Source of the DNA: a virus
IMG/VR virus record: IMGVR_UViG_3300031652_000001
Reading direction: 5' to 3' (one strand)
Length of the DNA stretch: 64,000 nucleotides
Every line of letters begins with the position of its first letter. Within the stretch, counting starts at the first letter, position 1. The translations under genes and the position numbers were made by a program. Positions 57,162 to 64,000 of the stretch are shown here, in pieces. A model generated the notes under the pieces. It was not told where the DNA came from. It did no database searches and was given only the letters and a program-made list of their open reading frames with translations.

Positions 57162-58718
57162 CTAAAGTCTCTCCGATGCCGTTTTCAGAAGATCCATTGG
57201 AACACCCATTACAACCTCCTGATCTTCGACCAAGCTATCCGGCGTATTGGATTTGAAATCATCTGTCGGAGTTGATCTTTTCAGACCTCTACGGATCCTC
57301 TGATACTCCTCAGACAGTGGATTCTCCCTATTGTACGTCGCAATGAGCCTATCGATATCCTCCTTCTTCTGAGGATTGACTGATTCGACATGCTCACGGA
57401 GCGCAGGTGCTTTTGGATGTCCAGCAATCTTCTTTTCGAGGTATGCCCTGAGTCCAAATTTATGAGAAACCGACAGAGCCCTGTCTCGCTGCTCTTTGAG
57501 TTGCTCAACCTCTGCTTTCAGCTTGGCCACCTCAGCCTCTTGCTCGACACGCTCTTCCTCTTCCTCTTTTAACTGTTCGAGAACCTCCTCGATAGCCTCC
57601 TGGAAGTCTTCAATCGTGTCGAACCTGTTGACATCACCAATCCGACTCTTGACCGTATCCGCATTCTCTCCAAGCTCTCGCTCCATATAGAGATTGTATC
57701 CAAGCTCTTTCGCAATACTGGAGACTCTCTTCAGCTCTTCAGTTTGCTCGTGAACTTTTTTATCCCTATTAGCAACTCGCTCCTCCAAAGTACGAATCTT
57801 GTCTTTGAGTCTGATAATCTCCTTGTTCTCGTCTCCCTCGAACAAGAACGGCGACACCAACTCTTTAATGCTCTCAACCACCGTTTTCGCCGCAGCTACT
57901 TCCGGATCATTGAGAAGTGTCTCCTTGGCTTGCTCCACAGCTTCCTGACGAATTGTCTCACCTTCCTCTTTCAGCTGTCTCTCAACCTCGGCCTGTAACG
58001 CTACCCTTGCATGATCCCTCGCCTCCGGCTCAACTTCCTCTCGAAGATCAGCTTTCAGCCTCTTAATCAGCTCGGGATTTTCTCTGATAAATTTTTCAAT
58101 GTCCATGAGACCCTCCTTGTCTTCGACCACGAAGTCAGGATGCGCCCCGGCATTTGCCGGGTCTGCCACGATATCCCAAGTCACTAACTTATAGTCCTCC
58201 TGGACAACGTGGTTGCCTTTGGCATCGGGAACGACTGAACCGAAACCACGACTGCTCACACCAAGAGTTCCACCAGCCTTGGCAATCGCCAATGCCTGGT
58301 CACCATTCTTTGTGCCTGGAATTATCTCTATCCGTCCAATGATCTCATTGTTCTCATTGATCGTTGCACCAAGCACAAAGTGGCTAACCCTAGAAAACTT
58401 GGTTTTTCCGTCACTAGGATGATCAAGCTCACCATAAACTTTCTTTGCCGCCATGGCCTCTGAAAGCCTGCTTACCTCTCTCTCAATAAGCTTTCTTGGA
58501 TACAGCCGACGATTAGCAGTCGCAACCTCAACAAGACCAAATCTACCATTGAGATAGAAATGATTTTTGCCGTCGTTACCCTTCTCTTCAACTAGATCAC
58601 CAGGCTTAACTTCAAGCCAAAAGAAATCTTCTAATAATGGCTTCTTCTCACCCGATCCATCAAAGATCACATCATTCCCGCCATTCGACTCAATAAGCTT
58701 GCGCACCCTTTTATTCAT
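57162..58718 (-). CDS. Prohead protease (gp21-like) fused to a coiled-coil scaffold
   Basis: NRRLYP, GELDHP, VSH, GVSSRGFGS, WDIVADP, then about 310 aa of acidic coiled coil. Confidence 0.92.
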   Translation of the reverse strand: MNKRVRKLIESNGGNDVIFDGSGEKKPLLEDFFWLEVKPGDLVEEKGNDGKNHFYLNGRFGLVEVATANRRLYPRKLIEREVSRLSEAMAAKKVYGELDHPSDGKTKFSRVSHFVLGATINENNEIIGRIEIIPGTKNGDQALAIAKAGGTLGVSSRGFGSVVPDAKGNHVVQEDYKLVTWDIVADPANAGAHPDFVVEDKEGLMDIEKFIRENPELIKRLKADLREEVEPEARDHARVALQAEVERQLKEEGETIRQEAVEQAKETLLNDPEVAAAKTVVESIKELVSPFLFEGDENKEIIRLKDKIRTLEERVANRDKKVHEQTEELKRVSSIAKELGYNLYMERELGENADTVKSRIGDVNRFDTIEDFQEAIEEVLEQLKEEEEERVEQEAEVAKLKAEVEQLKEQRDRALSVSHKFGLRAYLEKKIAGHPKAPALREHVESVNPQKKEDIDRLIATYNRENPLSEEYQRIRRGLKRSTPTDDFKSNTPDSLVEDQEVVMGVPMDLLKTASERL

Positions 58719-58735
58719 GATCGATTGCTCCCGTT

Positions 58736-59737
58736 TTATCGGTTGCCGTCCCTAAGGCGCCTCATTGTTTCAAGCATTGAGTCATCAACAAAATTCGAAC
58801 TGTCCCAAATGGACAAAACCGAACTATGTCTCCCATTGCTCTCCCGAAGAAGATCGGATGCCTCTGAGAAGCTGTTCGTAAAGCCATCAGACTCAAGCAA
58901 ACCGTCATCCACTCCTTCGAGCATGTCATGAGCCGACAATACTTCTCCGACACAGTCCATGGCATCAGCCAACGTTGCTTCAAGCATCGCATCCTGATCC
59001 CTTGTTACTGTGCCACCCATCTTCTCCATCCGACGAAGAACATCGTCGGCGCCCACCGTGAGTGAAAGCATATCTTTCGCCGCCTCACAGTCCTCGTCCA
59101 TGATGTTCATCGCCGCCAACTCACCAAGGTCAGATACATGGTTAAAGGCAGTGACGAACTCCTGGAAACGCTCCTGTGGATCATTGTTCAAGGCATGCTC
59201 AAGACCATTCAGCTCTTCCATAAGAGTCGAATATTCATCCATTGACTCACTCCTGAATATTCTTCCCTTCTTTGGACCACCACGGGCTTTCAATATCTTC
59301 GCATGTTTCTTCCGCTTCTTCTTGGCAATTGACGTCCCTTGCTTCCTGGTCTTTTTGGCCATGTACTTACGACCTTCAGACGTCTTCAGCCATTTCTTCA
59401 TTTTCTTCCGACGGACTCTCCTAACCCCCTGCGAAGCAAGTTTGATGAACCCCTCTTCCAGATCGTGATCCTGTGCAATCTCTTCGAGGTCGTCATCGTT
59501 CAAGCTTTCAACAAAGGCTTCATAGCCCTGGTCGGAATCGAACACGTCATCATCATCATCCTCTTCGATCTCCGGAGAGAGATAGATATCCGTGTCCAGA
59601 TTTCCTTCCGCATGCTCGTCCGACGGATCAACCTCTACTTCATCCTCTTCTCCTTCTCGGAGGGGGAAAGTCTCGTTGATCTGTGCATCGGTCAAACCTA
59701 AACTGCGGAGGCTCTCTTCCAATGATGCCATTCTCAT
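58736..59737 (-). CDS. Prohead core-like protein (gp67/gp68 position)
   Basis: Acidic stretch, Lys/Arg block and many L/I-x-E sites; between portal and protease. Confidence 0.55.
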   Translation of the reverse strand: MRMASLEESLRSLGLTDAQINETFPLREGEEDEVEVDPSDEHAEGNLDTDIYLSPEIEEDDDDDVFDSDQGYEAFVESLNDDDLEEIAQDHDLEEGFIKLASQGVRRVRRKKMKKWLKTSEGRKYMAKKTRKQGTSIAKKKRKKHAKILKARGGPKKGRIFRSESMDEYSTLMEELNGLEHALNNDPQERFQEFVTAFNHVSDLGELAAMNIMDEDCEAAKDMLSLTVGADDVLRRMEKMGGTVTRDQDAMLEATLADAMDCVGEVLSAHDMLEGVDDGLLESDGFTNSFSEASDLLRESNGRHSSVLSIWDSSNFVDDSMLETMRRLRDGNR

Positions 59738-59752
59738 AATTACCTCCTACGG

Positions 59753-60682
59753 TTAAACCGCTTTCAATTCACCTGACATCTTCGATACAAAATCACTACC
59801 GAGAGTCAGGTTCACAATTTGTTCTGCAACTCTGTCATGAATTTTGGCTGCAAAATCGGTATCACCAGCTTTAGCCTTCGACAACGCAACCGAAACCAAA
59901 TCAATTGCACTATCTATCGCCTCAAGAAAATCACCGGCAACTGAATCAAACTCAGATAAAACGGCTTCCTCTTCAACAGATCTACCCTCCCCTGTCATCT
60001 CCCTATAATCGTCCATCGACGACAACGCCTTGGCGTTTAAAGCTCCCAATTTTGAAGACAAATCAGAAAGAGAACGTGTCAACGTATAACCATCAACACT
60101 ACCATCCTCACCAACATAGCGCCTATCAAATGAACCAACATCACCACCAACATATTCTGTTACGGCATCTTTACGATCACCACATATATAGCTCATCCAT
60201 GTACGTTGGTTATCAAACACACTCTCGATATGATCTTTTACAGGAATAGTAGTTGTCGAATTAACAGTAGCCAAAGTCCTAAGAATAGAACTGACTCTAT
60301 CCTTATCACCTTTCAACAGAGCTTCAGATCCCATTGTCAAAAGCGTATCTTCGCTCAAAACAGCCACTTTTTCTTCCTTCAACTCTGTGAAGGCAATGCC
60401 ACTTTTGCCACTTTTCATAGAATAATTACAAGACAGGAAGCCTTTTCCCTCAACAAAGACCACAACGTGATCAGCATATGTTGAAAAAAGATGTGCCTTC
60501 CCACCAAAAAATTTTTCATTTTCCTCAACGGCTTCAGAAATTGCCTGCAAAAGATTCTCGTAAGAACCCTTTAACAATCTCTCTAACTCTTTCGCCTCAA
60601 CAATCTCAGTTTTTCTGTCTTTGCTCATGAGTTCACCATCACTATCCACCATTACGTATGTAAAAAGATGCAATGTCAACAA
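59753..60682 (-). CDS. Head-module hypothetical protein (likely start MSKDRK at 60628)
   Basis: Position; helical C-terminus. Confidence 0.55.
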   Translation of the reverse strand: MLTLHLFTYVMVDSDGELMSKDRKTEIVEAKELERLLKGSYENLLQAISEAVEENEKFFGGKAHLFSTYADHVVVFVEGKGFLSCNYSMKSGKSGIAFTELKEEKVAVLSEDTLLTMGSEALLKGDKDRVSSILRTLATVNSTTTIPVKDHIESVFDNQRTWMSYICGDRKDAVTEYVGGDVGSFDRRYVGEDGSVDGYTLTRSLSDLSSKLGALNAKALSSMDDYREMTGEGRSVEEEAVLSEFDSVAGDFLEAIDSAIDLVSVALSKAKAGDTDFAAKIHDRVAEQIVNLTLGSDFVSKMSGELKAV

Positions 60683-60757
60683 ACCGTAACTGTTTAATTT
60701 TTTTTTAGAGAACGAATATGTCTAGTATATGCCTAGCTGACACATGGTAGGCTCAAG

Positions 60758-61156
60758 CTACTTTTTTATAGATTTTATCGAATTGATAATAGGTGCCACA
60801 ATACTTATAAGACCATTCTTCACATCCATTAGATCACGAACGATCTGTACAGCTTTTCTGTGACTCTTTCCAATATCGTTAACATTTTTATTACTCAAAA
60901 CACCATCTCCTAAGGAACGCATAAAGGAATCCAACCCCTTCGAAAACGAAAGTATCCTGGAAGTAACTGCCTCAATATCTTTATTTATATCAACAATCTC
61001 CTGCCTAAAATATCCAAGCTTTTTTCTTGCTTGTATGGGGTCTGATGACTCAACAATCTCTGCATCAACCATGAGACCATTTAAATCCTCAAGAAAACCA
61101 TTTACCCTAGTCAATTTAGTACTCATATTATCACCTTCCTCCAAACAATATCTCAC
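60758..61156 (-). CDS. Head-module coiled-coil protein (likely start MSTKL at 61126)
   Basis: FLE...IVES sites near the N-terminus. Confidence 0.5.
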   Translation of the reverse strand: MRYCLEEGDNMSTKLTRVNGFLEDLNGLMVDAEIVESSDPIQARKKLGYFRQEIVDINKDIEAVTSRILSFSKGLDSFMRSLGDGVLSNKNVNDIGKSHRKAVQIVRDLMDVKNGLISIVAPIINSIKSIKK

Positions 61157-61197
61157 TAGATATTGCTTATTTTGTTGATCTATTATCCCACAAAAAT

Positions 61198-63984
61198 CTA
61201 CGCAGCTTTCATAGTATGTAAAATCTCTCGCAACAAGTTTGCATTCTCACGAAGTTGTCGTCCAATAAGACTGTTCGGATTTTCAATCTCCCTTCGAACC
61301 ATTCCTTCTATCCGTTTTTCATCCTCACGATTACCAGAAAAAAGCTCTCTCTCTGTTATCATGCCAGAACGACCAAAACGATTTCGAATAATCCTACCAC
61401 CAGAAACAGATTCAAAACCCCTGTTGTCTTCTTGCCCTTGCTGATCAACACCAGCCGCCCTCTCTGCTTTCTTTTGTTTGACAATATCTTCGATTTCATC
61501 ATCCGACATTTTGTAAATATGCTTCATCAGCCAATACATACTCACATGACGTTCCATCATCGACGCAAGATCAGCCCTTGCTCGTCTGGCTTCCATCTGA
61601 CCAAGCTCAAAAATTGAACTTGGAACAGTCATTTTTATGTCAAAATCAACAGCAGCTGGATCAATTCTTCTGGCCGCAAGATTCACTTTTGCAACCTTCT
61701 TCATTCCATTTCTGATCTCTCTCTGAACTCTTAGAATGGTCCTTGCAAAACGAACATCCTCTTGGGATAACGTTGCCCGACTCGGCATATTCTCATCGTA
61801 TCCCATATAGGCACGTGGGATCTTCAGGGCAGCATATAGCTTGTAAAGAAAATACTGCACGTCATCCACCTGTTGGTACGCTGGCCCCATCAGAGATTCT
61901 ACCCTAGTCGTCTCTCTTCCTTCTCTAGTTGCGAAAAAGAAATCCTGATCCATCGACATCGGATTTGCACGAAGGTCGAGTTTGCCAGTATTGTGCGTAA
62001 ATACCCCAGCCGTGAGTAAGAAATTATGATATTTATCAACATCCAAGTTGTAGACGTCCTCATACCCATCAACAGTTACGCTCACAACCTTATGGTTGTT
62101 CATCGCCCTGGTCGGCTCATCTCCATAAGTTCTATTCCGCCACCTGGCCTGCCCCGTCTTCTCACACTTATAAGCCTTGAATCCGCTGTACCCCTTTTTC
62201 TTCAAAAACGCCCTCAGCGTCCCCGCTGACACCTTTACCTTTGCCGTGGTTGGACACTGGCAATAAACAGCAGAAAACAACTCGTCAACATTAAGCCTAT
62301 CAGCCAGCTCTTCCGATGTAACCAATGGATCTCTAACGACATGCTCTTCAATAATGTCAAGCATCATCGCGTGCAAAGGGAGCGCCTTCTCCATACGAGC
62401 CTTCATCGACGCTTGCCCCGCCTTTACCGCCGCCCCATGAACGTCCGCACCAGATCTCATCCTCCATTCTGAAAGTCTACGAGCAATGCTCTCTCGGAAA
62501 TCACTATCCGACGTCAACCTCTTTACAAAAGCACACCTTCCATTGATTGCATTCTCAGGATGACGCTTCATATGCTCTGATGCAGTAAGGATCTCAAGGT
62601 TTTCTGGCCGATTATCTCTCTTATCACCATTTTTATGATGAACATGACATCCATCGATTTGGCCAATGCCAGCCCCTTCGGCCACCTCCCTATGGACATA
62701 CCTTCTCTCTCCGGTCATAGGATCACGGTACGTGTCATAACCCTGCGTCCCATCCGTGCCCTTTGACACATACAATGGCATCAAAGAATCTCCATGCCTA
62801 AGCTCAGACGCTGCCTTGTATGTCCCATCACGCATCAAAAACGGATGGATATAGTTGCATCTAACTACAGCCCCACTATCCAAAACAACTCTATAAATCT
62901 TCTGCTTCTTGTCCGTCAGTCGTGGATTACTCGCAAGTCCAGGAACAACCCGACCAGACGCCAAATCGTAAGAATAGACCCAGAACTTTTCATCTTTAAA
63001 GTCCCTGGCCAACTCTGACATGCTCCTGTCCGTACCATCTAACAACTTTACACAAGTCTCCCCTGTTAAACATTTGGGATTCACAAATTTCCTTTTTTTC
63101 AATTGCTGCATGGATTCGCGCAAAATTTTCTGTGCTTCATACTTCGGTACTTTCCCGACATCGATATAAAACGCATATCTACTTGGACTTCGAGTCAACT
63201 TGTAAACAAGAACAGCATCCTCTAACAACATAAGCCTTTTCCAGACCCATCTCGCTGGATCAATGACAGACCACCCATAAAGAGATTCACGATACTTTGC
63301 CGTCAATCTCATATGGACTACTCTCCAATCCTCAAAGGCTGCAACATCTTTAGTGTCATTCGTTCCTGAACCACCACTGATTCTGAACTTTTCAAATTGC
63401 TCTGGAGTAAAATCCAAATTATCTGAAAATGTTTGCATAAAACCAAAAAGATCGCCCTTTTTGTTTTCTATCCGGCGCATTGTCTTTGCAGGTAAAAAAC
63501 TCAAACCAACAACACCACCATCACCAACAATAATCTCCTCGTAATCATTACCCATCTTGCAAAGACCACGAGATATTGGCCAAATATTATTGTCGATATC
63601 TATTCGCTTGTAATACATATCCATCAATTCTTCTTTGATGGAATCATCATTACATTCAACCCATAGAACTTTCCCGTCAGAACTATCCTCCTGAGTAGAA
63701 TCGTCAGCATAAATATCCAGCGCACTAGAAATATCAGAATATTCATCCATTGATTCATAATCATAGAACCTTTGGAGCATGCCTCTATCGAGAGAAAGCA
63801 TGCCATGGAGATCCCCACTCTGAAGAATATCCATAGAAGCTCCAAGACCTGAAATACTGGCATTGGCAGCCAACTCCTTGGTCGATATTGCCAAATCCTG
63901 ACCCTGCTTATCGCGCCTGAAAACATCCCTTATAAAGGAGATGCCCTTTGAATCAATCTTGCCCATACACTGCCCCTGACTCAA
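61198..63984 (-). CDS. Portal protein (T4 gp20-like), intein-containing
   Basis: LMLLEDAVLVYKLTRSP.R..FYIDVG; MSMDQDFF; YFLYKLYAALKIP; FARTI.R.Q. Confidence 0.95.
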   Translation of the reverse strand: MSQGQCMGKIDSKGISFIRDVFRRDKQGQDLAISTKELAANASISGLGASMDILQSGDLHGMLSLDRGMLQRFYDYESMDEYSDISSALDIYADDSTQEDSSDGKVLWVECNDDSIKEELMDMYYKRIDIDNNIWPISRGLCKMGNDYEEIIVGDGGVVGLSFLPAKTMRRIENKKGDLFGFMQTFSDNLDFTPEQFEKFRISGGSGTNDTKDVAAFEDWRVVHMRLTAKYRESLYGWSVIDPARWVWKRLMLLEDAVLVYKLTRSPSRYAFYIDVGKVPKYEAQKILRESMQQLKKRKFVNPKCLTGETCVKLLDGTDRSMSELARDFKDEKFWVYSYDLASGRVVPGLASNPRLTDKKQKIYRVVLDSGAVVRCNYIHPFLMRDGTYKAASELRHGDSLMPLYVSKGTDGTQGYDTYRDPMTGERRYVHREVAEGAGIGQIDGCHVHHKNGDKRDNRPENLEILTASEHMKRHPENAINGRCAFVKRLTSDSDFRESIARRLSEWRMRSGADVHGAAVKAGQASMKARMEKALPLHAMMLDIIEEHVVRDPLVTSEELADRLNVDELFSAVYCQCPTTAKVKVSAGTLRAFLKKKGYSGFKAYKCEKTGQARWRNRTYGDEPTRAMNNHKVVSVTVDGYEDVYNLDVDKYHNFLLTAGVFTHNTGKLDLRANPMSMDQDFFFATREGRETTRVESLMGPAYQQVDDVQYFLYKLYAALKIPRAYMGYDENMPSRATLSQEDVRFARTILRVQREIRNGMKKVAKVNLAARRIDPAAVDFDIKMTVPSSIFELGQMEARRARADLASMMERHVSMYWLMKHIYKMSDDEIEDIVKQKKAERAAGVDQQGQEDNRGFESVSGGRIIRNRFGRSGMITERELFSGNREDEKRIEGMVRREIENPNSLIGRQLRENANLLREILHTMKAA
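61990..63072 (-). mobile_element. 361-aa intein with HNH homing endonuclease
   Basis: Starts CLTGET, block B NYIHPF, HNH VHHKNGDKRDNRPENL..L...EH, ends VYNLDV..HNF...THN before +1 Thr. Confidence 0.93.
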
Positions 63985-64000
63985 TCAACGAAGCAACTCG

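Noticed and set aside
1-64000. Plus-strand ORFs, including 37484-38476 (330 aa) and 56373-57275 (300 aa)
   Set aside because: They lie antisense to well-supported genes and show no recognisable motifs
1-64000. Stop-codon reassignment, as found in some large phages
   Set aside because: Core genes are full length in the standard code, and TAA, TAG and TGA all end genes at sensible boundaries
1-64000. tRNA or rRNA genes
   Set aside because: No cloverleaf or T-loop signature seen in the few intergenic gaps; tRNAscan could not be run

Overview
64 kb segment of a large, apparently uncultured myovirus (dsDNA phage with contractile tail). Essentially all real genes are on the minus strand and use the standard genetic code; the + strand ORFs are antisense shadows. 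Reading in transcription direction (right to left): a T4-like head module (portal gp20 interrupted by an HNH intein, prohead-core-like proteins, gp21 protease fused to a scaffold, gp23 major capsid, gp13/gp14 neck), a contractile tail (sheath, a free-standing endonuclease, two tube-fold proteins, chaperone with a -1 frameshift, tape measure, LysM, hub, spike, gp25, baseplate J, wedge, fibres), a lysis block (holin-like proteins and a unimolecular-spanin-topology lipoprotein, implying a diderm host), a block of predicted head-packaged internal proteins, and an early-type region (about 1-10.9 kb) with thymidylate kinase, a putative origin, Zn/Fe-S proteins and a secreted transglycosylase. Most striking: (1) otherwise unrelated basic proteins share short leaders ending in a T4-protease-type L-x-E site (LR[KRQN]RxYLxE and a second S-I-x-L-L...L-x-E class), suggesting an undescribed capsid-targeting and injected-cargo system that includes polyproteins; (2) a three-copy promoter plus covarying 5' hairpin; (3) one beta-rich module reused in five virion proteins, with a baseplate gene apparently split inside that module; (4) a terminator loop that is antisense to a tail-operon intergenic site. 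Family names are from motif recognition by eye, not database searches.
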